Shown here in pieces: positions 49,001 through 63,700 of a stretch of DNA of 64,000 bases. The number at the start of each line of letters is the position of its first letter. The first letter of the stretch is position 1. Position numbers and translations under genes: made by a program. The stretch is from Sminthopsis crassicaudata. Taxonomy: Eukaryota. The DNA is taken from positions 193,161,198-193,225,197 of the forward strand of contig NC_133622.1 of the NCBI RefSeq assembly GCF_048593235.1, in the 5' to 3' direction. The notes under the pieces are model-generated. The model had not been told where the DNA came from, searched no databases, and saw only the letters and a program-made list of their open reading frames with translations.

Positions 49001-52000
49001 ACATTTTGTTTTCTTCCCAGCCTCCTCTTATTCTCGTACCCATCTTCACAGGCAGTGTTTCTGCCAGTGCCCATCCTGTCCTAACTACTACTCAATAACT
49101 AGGAAGGTGGTTTTTCCTGCTTTCCCCCGGTGTGACCTGGACCACTTAGCAAGATCCTGCCAGGCTCCTTCCTTTGTGGTGCTGGGGCCTGCTGCTCCAT
49201 GAGCAGACACACTTCTCTTGTCCACAAATGCTTTGACTGGCCATTTTATGGAATCTTTCTCCGGTGGTGTTTTTGAGATGCATGGAGCGATCTCTCCTGA
49301 GACTCCATTGCATATCACCAATCCAGGTGCATAATTGTGTCCTAACTTCCCATCACCCTCCCTCTTTTCTGACCTTCTCACGGTCTGTTCCCCCGACACC
49401 CACCCCCCCCCCCCCCCGCTACTGCCTGGATATCTCTCCCATATTGGCTCCTCATGATCTTTCCCTCGATCTTTACTTGTCTGGACCCAGCTTCCCGTTC
49501 TGCCCTAGAGCAGCCTCTGTCCTTTCAAATATAATATTCACTGACACTTATGTAGTGCCTTAAGGTGTGCAAAGTGTTTTACCATCTCATTTGATCCTCT
49601 CCACAAGTAGGAGGTGAGTATCATAGGTATAATTATCAGCCTTTTAATGGATAAAGAGACAAGCCTAGAGAGGTTAAGTCCCTCGTTCCTACTCGAAAAC
49701 TGGCAGAATCTGAATCCAAGGCTCTCCTGGTGCCCAGCAGCTGGCATTAATGTTGTATTTTAAGGTTTAAATGTAGCGCACACTCATTATTTCAGTTGAT
49801 TCTGGGAGAAAAGAACTCCCAATAGCACTCTTCCTATTTTATAAAAGGAAACAGGATTGGGGAGTCATAGGTAACTTTTTCCTGGTCACACAACTATTAA
49901 GTTGCCGAGGGCCAGAATTCATTTTCAAGCCTGTGCTCTCCCTCCGGTCCCATCACTTTCCACATCTCTGTGGCTTATTTCCATGGCTGGTGTCCGCGTG
50001 GGCCAGCTGGGCCTCCTGTTTAAGCCGAGGGGTGCATAACCTCATGGGCCCGGCCCACGGCTCTTTCTGCTTATCGGCCTTCATCATATTCCAAGGCAGC
50101 TGGGGGAGGGGGGGGAGCATGGATTAGGGGTCAAGGTTGCAATGAGCTGTCTTCTCCTCCCTCTGTCTAGAGGCTCTCCCATCTTCTCACCCTAAAACCC
50201 GCCTTTTTTGGAAACATCATTGTCTCCTGCATCTCTTGCGACTCCCGCTCTGAGAAAGAGATGGGAGGTTAAGGAAGGGATGGCGAGGGGAAAATGACAG
50301 GAGCTGGGAAGGGGATGAGGATGGGACGCCAGACTCGGGGACCCATCCTGCTCCTTCCCCTGTCCCCAGGCTGCTGGCCCAGCGCCAACGTCACTCCTTT
50401 GGTCTGCATGGAGTGGTATGTGTGGGCACTGAGGCTCACCTCTCCCTCTGCCCCCTGGAATTCTATCGTGGCAATGACACTGCCCGGTGCCTGGGGGGGG
50501 CACCCGCTGTGGTGAGCTGTGTGCCAGGCTCTCTTTACGCCACAGCCAGCGGCCAGAAAAAGAAGCAGTCATCGACACAACCTCGGGGAGAGGTGTGTGT
50601 GACCCAAGAGGAGGGAAGTCCCCCACCCCCTTCCTGACCAACCCAGCACCCCCCCCCCCAGGGATTGTGAGACCCTGCAGATACCTTCCTCCCCGCCCGA
50701 CCCCTAAGGCAGAGACGGCAATCCCTTTGGGCTGCTCCCAATGCCTTCCCCCCACTTGTCCCAAATTAGGTGCCTGCCCCCTGTCCCTGTTAACGTTCTC
50801 TGCATGTCTCTGTCTCTTTTCAGCCCCGGCTTCGCTTGAAGGGCGGGGCTCGGCCGGGTGAGGGCCGGGTGGAGGTCCTGAAGGGGGGTGAGTGGGGCAC
50901 CGTCTGCGACCACAAGTGGGACCTGCAGTCGGCCAGCGTTCTGTGCCGTGAACTGGGCTTTGGGAGTGCCCGAGAGGCCCTGAGCGGCGCCCGAATGGGA
51001 CAGGGTGAGCCAAGGGCGGAATGGAGGGAGGATGTGCCTTAGGAAAAGAGCCGCTGTGGAGCTGGGAGCCGTGGTGAGCCCCCTGACCTCTGTCCCCTGA
51101 CCCAGGTATGGGCCCCATCCACCTGAGTGAGGTGCGCTGCTCAGGGCGGGAAGCCTCTCTCTGGAGCTGCCCGTACAAGAACATCACCGCCGAGGACTGC
51201 TCCCACGCCCAGGACGCCGCTGTCCGCTGCAATCTGCCCTACACTGGGGTTGAGACCACGGTCAGCCTGGTCCCCTGTGTCTCTCACTGATGCATCCTTC
51301 CCTCCCCACCTCCAACCCCTTTCCTTCATCTCTGTGCTCCCAAGAACTCACCACACCCCCATCAACCTCCCCTCTGTCCCGCAGATCCGGCTAAGTGGGG
51401 GTCGCAGCCGGTACGAGGGGCGAGTGGAGGTGCAGGTGGGGGGGCCCGGCTCCCCCCGCTGGGGCCTCATCTGTGGAGATGACTGGGGAACACTGGAGGC
51501 TATGGTGGCCTGCCGGCAACTCGGCCTGGGCTACGCCAACCACGGCCTGCAGGTAGGTTTGAGGGAAAGGGGGAAGGTTTTCTCACCACGCTTCCTGCTC
51601 TCTCACCGTCCCCACGTCCCGTTCCAGGAGACGTGGTACTGGGACTCGGGGAACGTCACTGAGCTGGTGCTGAGTGGAGTTCGCTGTACGGGCTCTGAGC
51701 TATCCCTGGGAGAGTGCGCCCACCATGGGACCCACATCACATGCAAGAGGACGGGCACACGCTTCGCTGCTGGTGTCATCTGTTCTGAGAGTGAGGGGGA
51801 ACAGACTGGGGGGGGCTGGCCCAGAACGAGCCCCCTTTCAGGCAGGGCATGGGGAACGTGCGACCCAGGGGGAAGTCTCCAGTGAAAAACCAATACTTAG
51901 CAGACTGGGAGGGGATGCTCCCCCTCCCCAAACTCACAGAAGTCACCTGCCCCTGTAACCTGTGACCTCCCTCCTCTTCCCCCCGACCTTCCCAGCTGCA

Positions 52001-53181
52001 TCAGACTTGATACTACACTCAGCCCTGGTGCAGGAGACTGCTTACATTGAGGATCGACCACTCCACATGCTGTACTGCGCAGCAGAAGAAAACTGTCTGT
52101 CTCGCTCCGCCCGGTCAGCAAACTGGCCCTATGGCCACCGGCGGTTACTCCGCTTCTCCTCCCAGATCCATAACCTTGGCCGAGCTGACTTCAGGCCCAA
52201 GGCCGGCCGACACTCCTGGGTGTGGCATGAGTGCCATGGGTGAGGGAAGGGGGCCTGGCTAAGGAGGGGGAGAGGCTGAGGGTCGGTGGGGGAGGAAAGG
52301 AGGGAGTGTGCTCCATGGGAGCAGGACCTCAAAAGCCTTCACAGTGGAGCAGGACCAGGCCTGCAGGCCCCTGTAAATGCACCCCACAGGCACTACCACA
52401 GCATGGACATCTTTACTCACTATGACATCCTGACGCCCAACGGCACCAAGGTGGCCGAGGGTCACAAGGCCAGTTTCTGTCTGGAGGACACCGAATGTCA
52501 AGAGGGTGAGTCAGTTGTCTGGAAGGGATTCCCCATCTCCCACCCAGAGGTTTGAGGGATTCCTGGTCTGGCTTTCCCTACCTTGGATCTGACTCCCTGC
52601 CTGTGCCTGGGACTTGTGGCAGCTGAGGCCTCCTGGAGCTGCTCCATCCACTCAACTCCCCATCCCCCTAGACGTCTCCAAGCGGTACGAGTGTGCCAAC
52701 TTTGGGGAACAGGGCATCACCGTGGGATGCTGGGATCTTTACCGGCATGACATTGACTGCCAGTGGATAGACATCACAGATGTGAAACCAGGAAACTACA
52801 TCCTGCAGGTGAGGGGAAGAACCCCTGGGCTGTCTAGGGCTGGGCGTGCCAGAAGGGAACTCTGATCCCCGATTCTTTACATCAGGTGGTTATTAACCCC
52901 AACTTTGAAGTGGCGGAGAGTGACTTCACCAACAACGCAATGAAATGTAACTGCAAATACGACGGACACCGCATCTGGGTGCACAACTGCCACATTGGTA
53001 TCAGGGCTGGGCTGAGCAGGGTGGCAAGCCCTTCCCACTTCCGCTCCAGTTCTCCTTTCCCTCTCACCTACCCTCCTGATCCAACCCCACTGCTATTTCC
53101 TTCCCAGGCGATGCTTTCAGTGAAGAGGCCAACAGGAGATTTGAACGCTACCCCGGCCAGGCCAACAACCAAATTGTCTGA
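37011..53181 (+). CDS. LOXL3: Lysyl oxidase-like 3 (signal peptide, 4 SRCR domains, copper amine oxidase domain), 757 aa without the optional cassette exons
   Basis: Coding exons 37011-37329, 39780-39943, 41094-41311, 50370-50592, 50824-51004, 51106-51260, 51385-51552, 51628-51790, 51996-52239, 52390-52505, 52672-52808, 52886-52997 and 53108-53181 total 2274 nt. Cu-binding WHECHGHYH, LTQ Lys (EGHKASF) and Tyr ([14 protein letters not shown]) are intact. Confidence 0.98.
42349..42405. repeat. 19-bp tandem repeat, 3 copies, within a duplicated L2-like tail
   Basis: GCTGAAGTTACAAAGAAAG x3. The preceding AAGCACTTATTAAA.GCCTATTTACGTGCCCTAC block also occurs at about 42185. Confidence 0.85.
45295..45466 (+). 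repeat. 172-bp dispersed direct duplication, copy 1 (L2-like sequence)
   Basis: Matches 46872-47043 with about 10 substitutions by eye and no indels. Confidence 0.9.
46872..47043 (+). repeat. 172-bp dispersed direct duplication, copy 2
   Basis: Matches 45295-45466. Confidence 0.9.
47285..47341 (+). CDS. LOXL3: Candidate LOXL3 cassette exon A (57 nt, phase 2-2), adds [19 protein letters not shown]
   Basis: Acceptor ttctcttgtccacacAG, donor CAG/GTAACA, length divisible by 3, no stop, and same phase as the flanking exon 4/5 junction. Confidence 0.7.
47925..47984 (+). CDS. LOXL3: Candidate LOXL3 cassette exon B (60 nt, phase 2-2), adds [20 protein letters not shown]
   Basis: Long pyrimidine tract ending ttccAG, donor GAG/GTAAAT, length divisible by 3, no stop, phase-compatible. 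Confidence 0.6.
48976..49003. repeat. (CA)14 microsatellite
   Basis: Read directly from the sequence. Confidence 0.95.
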
Positions 53182-53457
53182 GGCCCTGGGTCCACCTGCT
53201 TCCTGGCTCTTCCTGGCACCTCCCCACCCTCAGGGCACTACTGGAACCAGATCTTGGCTTTGGCCAAACTGTTTGGCGCATGGACTAGGAAGGAAGATTC
53301 CCTAACCTTCCACAACTGGATTGGAGCAGAAAAAGCAGCTCTCTACCATGCACACCGATGTCCTGGGGACACAGTCAATACCTCTGATCTTTTGGTTTGG
53401 GGGAGGAATCCATCCTACTCCCCTCACTCTTGGCTACAACATGTCACTAGTTAAAAT

Positions 53458-53479
53458 TTTATTTTATTTTAATTTTATT
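53458..53479 (-). terminator. Cluster of three AATAAA signals for HTRA2
   Basis: TTTATT on + at 53458, 53463 and 53474, about 225-245 nt past the HTRA2 stop. Confidence 0.75.
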
Positions 53480-53702
53480 TTATATAAAATGCTTCTCCTG
53501 TTTCTTTGGCGTGGGTAGGGGGAGGGCCTGCCCTCCCCTGGCTCATTCCCCACCTTGTTCCCCTCCCAAGCTATTCCAGCCTCAAAGAAAAGGAGGTATG
53601 GAGACAGGGCAGGGGCCACACCCTCCCTTCTCCTTCCTTTGGGGGGGGGGGGGAGATAAGCAAGATTACTGTAAAGTTTTTGGGCCCTTCTGTCCATACT
53701 GG

Positions 53703-56436
<2,734 letters not shown>

Positions 56437-56799
56437 GGCTTCCGGCCGGCCTCCTACCCTAGAGGCGGTGCCCAGAGAGCTGACCCGGCCAACGAGGACT
56501 GACCCGAGTTCAGATCGCGGCGCACCTCGGGAGCCGTAGTTCTCAAGCCGGAGGGGGCGGGGCCCTGCGATGCACGCCGGGATGTGTAGTCCTCAGTCAG
56601 CTTTCTACGTTCCGTGACCCACAGTCCTGTGCGGCGCGCCACGCGCAGGGCGTGTTGGGAGTTCTGGGCCCACCAGCCCGGAGGGCTGGCGCCCAAAGGC
56701 CCGGCCCTAGCCTTCCCAGGAGCCCGCGCGGTCGGCCAGGGATTAACATGGCGACGGGGTCTGGGCGGCCCTGAGACGACGGCGGCGGCGGCGGCGGCG
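56437..56799. promoter_or_regulatory. Bidirectional HTRA2/AUP1 promoter (363 bp between the start codons)
   Basis: Head-to-head ATGs. Two ACTAYRnnnCCCR (ZNF143/THAP11-type) motifs on - at 56522-56540 and 56571-56590, a GC box near 56552, and YY1-like AACATGGCG at 56745-56753. Confidence 0.8.
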
Positions 56800-59330
56800 A
56801 TGGAGCCTTCGCCGGCCCCGGGTCCGGAGCGGCTCTTTGATTCACACCGGTGAGAAGGCCGCCCCCGCCCCCTCCCCTGGCCGGCTTCTTCCCCGCCCCG
56901 AGCCCCCGCCCCGGCCCCTGTCCCCTCCAGGGCCCCGGCCCGGCTCAGGCCCGCGGGCCTCTGACGGCCCCTGCCTTCCCTCCTCCGTGCCCCGCGGGGT
57001 CCAGGCTCCCTAGTGATGGCTTCCTGCTGCTCGCCCTGCTCCTGTACGCGCCCGTCGGGCTCTGTCTCCTGGTGCTCCGCCTCTTCCTCGGGCTCCATGT
57101 GTTCCTCGTCAGCTGCGCGCTGCCCGACAGCGTTCTCCGAAGGTAGCGGCCCGGCCCGGCGGGGGGCGGGGGCGGGGGCGGCCCTCCAGCGGCGGGGTCA
57201 CCCAGTACCTCCTGTCTCCCAGGTTCGTGGTCCGGGCCATGTGTGCGGTGCTGGGGTTTGTGGTCAGACAGGAGGCTCCCCGGCTCCGCGATCCTAGCGC
57301 CAGGGTCTTTATTTCCAATCACGTGACACCCTTTGACCACAACATGGTCAGCCTCCTCACCAGCTGTAGCACTGTGAGTCTCGCTCCCGGGGGGAGGGAC
57401 CCGAACCCCAGGGGCCCGCCCCAGGGAGGCCCTCGGCCGCCCCCTCTCCTCCGCCGCGCCTTTCCCCGTCCCCCTCACGGCTAGTGCCGCCCCTTGTCTC
57501 CCTCCCAGCCTCTCATCAACAGCCCCCCTGGCTTTGTGTGCTGGTCCCGGGGCTTTGTGGAGCTGGACGGCAGCGGGGAACTGGTGGAGGCGCTGAAAAG
57601 GTTCTGTTCTTCCCGGGGAAATCCACCAGCTCCCTTGTTGCTGTTCCCCGAGGAGGCGGCCACCAACGGCAGGGAAGGGCTCTTGCGCTTTAGGTGAGTG
57701 CGGGGCCTGCGGGAAGGGCCGGCGGGAAGCTGCGGGGGCTCGTGCTGACCGCGGCCGTGCACCGCTCCCTCCCGCAGCTCCTGGCCGTTTTCCATTCAGG
57801 ACGTGGTTCAACCACTGGCCCTTCGGGTGCAGAGGCCCTTGGTCTCCGTGGTGAGTGGGGCCAGGGGAGGGGGGCACAGGAGCTCCCTCGCTGGCTCCGG
57901 CTTCTTCTCAAGCGTTTGTTTCTTCCCTTCAGACAGTGTCCGATGCCTCCTGGGTCTCGGAGCTGCTCTGGTCGCTTTTCGTTCCTTTCACACTGTATCA
58001 AGTAAGGTACTAACTCTTCCTAGTTTTGGGGGGAGGGGAAGGTCACCCCATAATTCCTACACAGTCTTCTTAGTCAGAATAAGGGGACGTAGCTGGTGGC
58101 AAAGGCAGGCGCTGTTAACTCCAGTTTCCATTCGTTTTGCAGATGGCTTCGTCCTGCCCATCGACAGCCAGGGGAAGGGAGCGAAGCATTTGCCCTCCGC
58201 GTGCAGCAGGTAATGGGCATTGGGGGAGTGAGGAGGGGGACCAGAACTTGGGAGCGTCCTCCGTCGGGTGCCCCTGGGCCTCACTTTCCAATTGTTCCCA
58301 GTTAGTGGCCGGGGAGCTGGGCCAGAGAGGGACTCGACTCACGCCTGCAGACAAGGCAGAACACATGAAGCGGCAGCGACACCCCAGACCGCTTCCCCAG
58401 TCAGGTAGGTGCTTTTCCTTTGGGTTGCTTCTGTCTACAGGTCACTCCTCACCACATCTCCGTTATTTTCTTGCAGCTCGGCCTTCTCCCCCTTCTACGC
58501 CTGGCCTCTCCCCTGACCGGCAGCTGGCGGTTCTTTCACAAAGAGTCAAAGAGGTTTTACCCCATGTCCCAATTGGCGTCATCCAGAGAGACCTGGGTAT
58601 GGGGAAGGGAACAGAGAATTCCAGAGAGACCTGAGTTATGGGATGGGGAAGAACTCCAGGGACTCTGGGTACACATTCAAGAAAGATCACCTAAAGATTG
58701 AGGAAATGTGGGTTGGGGAAGAAACCTGAGACTAGGAGAGAGGAGCAAACCTCTCTCCTCTCCTCTTTTCCAGCCCGCACTGGCTGTGTAGACACAACTA
58801 TCACTAATCTGCTGGAGGGAGCTGTAGCCTTTGTGCCTGAGGATATTGCTGAGGGGTCCCAAACTCTTCCACCTTCTGGGCCCTATCCCACAACTTCTGT
58901 CTCCAAGGTGAGACCTAGGAAGTGGGGAAGGCAGAATTGGGAGGCTGTCTTAGGTTGGGGGAGAGGGCAGGAGGTACTTCCCTAATGGATCTTTTGGTTC
59001 CACCCAGTATCTTGTGTAAGTTAGGTTTTCAATAAATAACTCATTAACATCTCGACCTGTGACACCCCAGTCCCCCAGCCCTGTGACCCCTCAGCCTGCA
59101 GCTCTATTTGCCAAGTCTTCCTGGGCCCGTCAGGAAAGCCTGCAGGAGAGGAAGCAGGCGCTGTACGAATACGCCCGAAGGTGAGGTTGGAAGAAGCCTG
59201 GGGAACATGGGGGGAGTAAGAGGAATGGAGGAAGATCACACATAGGCAGCACCTGCCCCACATTTCCCAACCTCCCTCCTCCCCATCCTGCAGGAGATAC
59301 ACAGAGAGACGGGCCCAGGAGACTGACTGA
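56800..59330 (+). CDS. AUP1: Lipid droplet-regulating VLDL assembly factor AUP1 (acyltransferase-like, CUE, G2BR), 12 exons, 413 aa
   Basis: Exons 56800-56849, 57005-57142, 57223-57373, 57509-57693, 57778-57850, 57933-58006, 58143-58209, 58302-58404, 58477-58596, 58774-58907, 59071-59180 and 59294-59330 total 1242 nt. Motifs ERLFDSHR, NHVTPFD, VKEVLPHVP (CUE) and RQESLQERKQALYEYARRR (G2BR). The exon 11 acceptor is inferred from frame. Confidence 0.96.
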
Positions 59331-59449
59331 GCCCAAAGGAGATGGAGCAAGCCAGGGCCGCAGGACGGAGGCCAGGGGGCAGGCCCCCCCACACCCAGGC
59401 CGGATGGGTGGGGCGTGTGAAGGGAGGGAATGGGGCTCCCCAACTTCCC

Positions 59450-59455
59450 ATTAAA
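59450..59455 (+). terminator. Probable AUP1 polyadenylation signal (ATTAAA)
   Basis: ATTAAA 120 nt after the stop, followed by T-rich sequence. Confidence 0.55.
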
Positions 59456-59739
59456 TTCAGGGTTTTCACTCAAGACAGCCTCGTTTCCTGTCTTGGCTTC
59501 TGCACTCCTTAGGGAAGAGTCATACCCCGTTCTTAGTTCTAGGGTGCTGGCTATGTTGGGGACCCGGTGGGGGAGGGAGAGGGGCAGGGGCCTTGGAATC
59601 TGAATCAAAGGAATGTTGAGTCAAGCCAAACTGCGGGTTACAGGCTGTACAAAAGCCCTCGATTGTAGGGGCCAAATTTAACCTTATCACCAAGAGGGAC
59701 CTGACGTCCCCGGCATCAACTACAAATCCCAGGATACAT

Positions 59740-60700
59740 TTCACCGATGGGGTCCGGCATGCAATGCGTTCCTTCTATCTGCGCAGGCTTCGCACATGCT
59801 CAATGCCGAGCGGCGGAGCCCTCGTTTCCATGGGTTCCCGGTCCCCGGCGGGGGCGGGAAGGCGGCCACGCCCCCCACACCGGGCTCTTGGGTGGAGCCG
59901 GAATTTACCTTTGTACTGAACGTGGAGGGTGGGTGGGGTTGGGACGAGCGGCGTCCGTCGGGTGGGGCAGAATCCGCGTCCGAGAATCTCCTGCTCCAGC
60001 TCCTCTCGAAGGTTTGACCCCACGAATCAGACGGCGCCGTGGTCCCGCGCGGCCCTCCGTCCCAAGGCCAACCTTCCCTCCCTGCTGCCAGCTGTCTGGC
60101 GGGAGCCCCGCCCCCAAGGCCCCGGGGTCGAAGAAGCCCGAGCTTAGTGGGCTCCGCCTTCTCCCCCGGGTTGGAGCCCATCACCTGACTGCCGGGTTTG
60201 GAGCCTTCCCGGTCCGATATTCGAGGCGATCTTCTGCGGGGTTGAGTCAGCCCGGAGGAGGGGGCGGGCTCCCCGGAGGTGGGGGGGGGGAGAGTCCAAA
60301 ACGCCCGCCTCCTCTGATCCCACCGACCTCTCACAGGTCGATCCCAGGCTGCCATGGCCTCGGACATTCCCGAATCAACCGAAGAATCGGGCCCTAGTCC
60401 CGATGGGTCCGATCTGGCCGTGAATCCCTACGACGGACTCCCCTTCTCTTCCCGATACTACACGCTGCTGGCCCAGCGTCGGGCCCTCCCCATCTGGGCT
60501 GCGCGCTTTAGCTTCCTCGAGCAGCTGGAGAGCAGCCCTAGCGGGGTAGTGCTTGTGTCGGGGGAGCCTGGCTCCGGCAAGAGCACCCAGGTGGGGAGTG
60601 CTGCCTGGTGTCTGGGGGGCGGGGGGGGGGGGGGGGGCCAAGAGCCCCGGAGGGCATGCGGGAGCCGGGCCCATGCGGCCCAGCATCTTCCAGCCTGACG
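59740..60700. promoter_or_regulatory. CpG island at the DQX1 5' end
   Basis: CpG-rich region upstream of and covering the first coding exon (acceptor at 60335-60336). The non-coding first exon could not be placed. Confidence 0.65.
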
Positions 60701-63700
60701 TTGGGCGGGTGTCTTGATTCACCGACTAGATCCCTCAGTGGTGTGCCGAGTTTGCTCTGGCCAGGGGGTTCCAGCATGGCCGAGTGACCGTCTCGCAGCC
60801 CCAGCCCCTGGCTGCCCTGAGCCTAGCTCTCCGAGTAGCTGATGAGATGGACCTAAGCTTGGGCCACGAAGTTGGCTACAGCATCCCCTTGGAGGACTGC
60901 ACCGGACCAGACACCCTGCTCAGGTGGGGTGCTCCGCATCCCCCACGGGTGGCCCGGGCCCTGCTCGTTCAGCTTTTCTGTCACATCCCCAAACTTCTCC
61001 TTGCTGATTTTCTTAGAAGTCAGCAGAACCTTAATTACTATAGGTCCCACTCCGTCCCCATCTGCTTCTCTGTACTACCTGAATTCTATTCTCTAGGAAG
61101 CTTTTGTTCCTTCACCCAGGAACCAAGACCTTCCAACTGTGTCATTTGCTTCCTATCTCTAACCCAGTAGGTCCAGAAAGAATATGGTCACAGGGTCACA
61201 ACTTCACTGTCTTTGTGAGCTTGGAGCCAGGAATGCCACTTCCTTGGACTAGTCTCTTAATCCGTGCCTTAGTTTCTCACCGACTCTTCCCATCTAGCTC
61301 TGCATCTATGACCAAGTCTTGACTCATAGAACACACAGCCCGAGTCCTGGGTGGAAGCCATCGCCACACCTCTAGCGCAAGCCGTGTTTCAACCTGACAC
61401 CTCACCACTCCTTTCCTCTCATTTTGTTGACAGGTTCTGCTGGGACAAACTGCTGTTACAGGAAGCAGCCTCAGCCCGAGGTGCGGGAGCTTGGGGTGTC
61501 CTGGTACTGGACGAGGCCCAGGAGCGCTCAGTGGCCTCAGATGTGCTGCAGGGATTATTGCGGGATGCAGGCTTAGGGAACAGCCTCGAGGGCCCACGCT
61601 TAGTTGTGGTCACCGATCCAGCCTTTGAACCCAAGCTCTGTGCCTTTTGGGGTAACCCTCCTGTGGTTCGAGTAGCCCAGGGGCCTGAAGAGGGCCCTAT
61701 TCCTGTGTACAGAGATCCTGCTCCCCCAGATCTGGTGGGTGCTGCCTGCCAGGCTGTGCTGGAATTACATCAGGGTGGGCTTCCAGGAGATGTGCTGGTC
61801 TACCTACCTAGTGAAGAGGTAAGTGGGATCACAGGGGACGTGGGAAGGAAGTCCTAGAATCAGTACCTTCTCTTACTCAACGAGAGCTTCTCACCTTTCC
61901 ACAGAACATCTTGCAGTGCTGTGAGTGTCTTCGAAGGGAGGCAGAGAGGTTGGATCCTGAGCTGACCCCATTTCAGGTGCTACCTCTACACGCTGGACTT
62001 GGCCGGGCTGTACAGGCCGTGTATGAGGATGTGGAAGGAGGCCCTCGGAAGGTGGTGGTCACCCATTGGTTGGCTGATTCATCTTTTTCCCTTCCTTCAA
62101 TCCGCCACATTATTGACTCGGGACTGGAGCTTAGAAATGTAAGAGGGTTTCTGCCTTTGAGGGTGGAAGTGGAAAGGCTGGCTGGGCTGGAAATAGTAGA
62201 TCCTGATCTGTCTGGGCCCTGGGGGGGATAGGTTTACAATCCTCAGATCCGGGCTGAATCCCAAGTGATGAGGCCCATCAGCAAAAGCCAAGCAGAAGCC
62301 AGGAGGCTGAGGACCAAAGGCCCCCCACTAGGTAAGAAGCTCATTTGTTCCAACTGATATCCAAGATGTCCATCCCAGATGAGCAGAAAAAAAATTGACA
62401 AAGATACTCTCCCTCAGAATCCTTCCTTTTCTCCCTTCAGGATCCTGCCTCCGCCTGTATCCTGAATCTTTTTTGGAGTTAAGAGCTCCCTCAGTTCCTT
62501 CGCCTCGGGTGTGTGAGGAGAATCTAAGCCGACTAGTGCTACTGTTAAAGAGGCGACACATCGCGGAGCCAGGAGAGTGTCACTTTCTAGACCGGCCGGG
62601 TGAGACACCTACCAACCCATGAGCAAGTGAGAGGCTGGACTGGGCCCGTTTCTGACATACTCTCTGTCCTCCCCAGCCCCAGAGGCCCTAATGCAGGCGC
62701 TAGAAGACCTGGACTATCTGGCTGCTTTGGATGATGATGGTGACCTGTCAGACCTAGGAGTCATTCTTTCTGAACTGCCCCTGCCCCCTGAGTTAGCCAA
62801 AGCCCTGCTGGCTGCCTGCGAATTTGACTGTGTGGATGAGATGCTGACCCTAGCAGCCATGCTCACCAGTAAGAACACACTCCAGTTCAGCCTAACTCAG
62901 ACATTCCATCTTTACAGCTTAGCTCCGAGGAACATGACGATTCTGCCTGCTCCACCTCACTAATGTTCTTCTGTTCTCTCCTCCCCCACCCCACTCCAGC
63001 TGCCCCTGGCTTTGAGGGCCCCCCGAAGTGTGCAGAGGAGGCTGCCCGACGACGAGCACTGGAACACCCAGATGGTGACCACAGCACCCTGATTCAGGTG
63101 TATGAAGCCTTTATACAGAGTGAGTGAGTGCCTTTCTCCCTCTTTTATACCTAGAAGTTCATGCAGGATTTTCCCAGAGTGTCCTGGAGATGGAAAATAG
63201 TATGGGTAGAGCTAGTGGAGCTGGGGACTGGTGACAATGCCTGGTAAGGGAACGGAGGTCTAGGGTGGGCTAGGGGGCATCTGCAATGGCTAATTCCCAT
63301 TTCTCATAGGTGGGGAGGATGAGAATTGGTGTCAGGCTCGGGGTCTGAGCTGGGCTGCACTACGCCAGGCCCAGGCATTTCGGGGAGAGCTCCTGGAACT
63401 GATGCGTCGAATTGAACTTCCCCTGTCTCCACCAGCATTTGGCTCTGAACAGAATCGAAAAAATCTTCAGAGAGCACTGGTGTCGGGGTACTTCCTCAAG
63501 GTGTGGTTGTGGGGGTGCTGAAGCTGAGAATGCTAGTGTTGGGAGGGCTGCCTCAGAGTAGGTCAGGAAGGGATTTCTGAGGGTCAGGAGGTGTGTACTG
63601 GGGGTCTCACCAGAGCTAAGGCAGGAAGGCCATACTGCAAGGAGCAATTAAACCCTTCAAATTAGCTCCATCTCCCAACTCCTTATTGCCGTCTCCGATT

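Noticed and set aside
49021-49110. Further AG...GT segments in LOXL3 intron 4 as possible third cassette exon
   Set aside because: Weak donor (AAG/GTGGTT), and the 55-nt version is not phase-symmetric.
50192-51232. 346-aa minus-strand ORF and other long antisense ORFs over LOXL3, HTRA2, AUP1 and DQX1 (e.g. 56945-57877, 55271-56002, 33499-34317)
   Set aside because: Shadow ORFs of GC-rich coding or CpG-island DNA with low-complexity G/P/R/A composition and no recognisable domain.
56437-56610. Open frame upstream of the HTRA2 ATG as a possible N-terminal extension
   Set aside because: No ATG before the in-frame stops near 56600, and the region is the shared promoter.
57374-57508. AUP1 intron 3 retention, as in the human long isoform; the intron is 135 nt, divisible by 3
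   Set aside because: An in-frame TAG at 57482-57484 prevents a read-through protein here.
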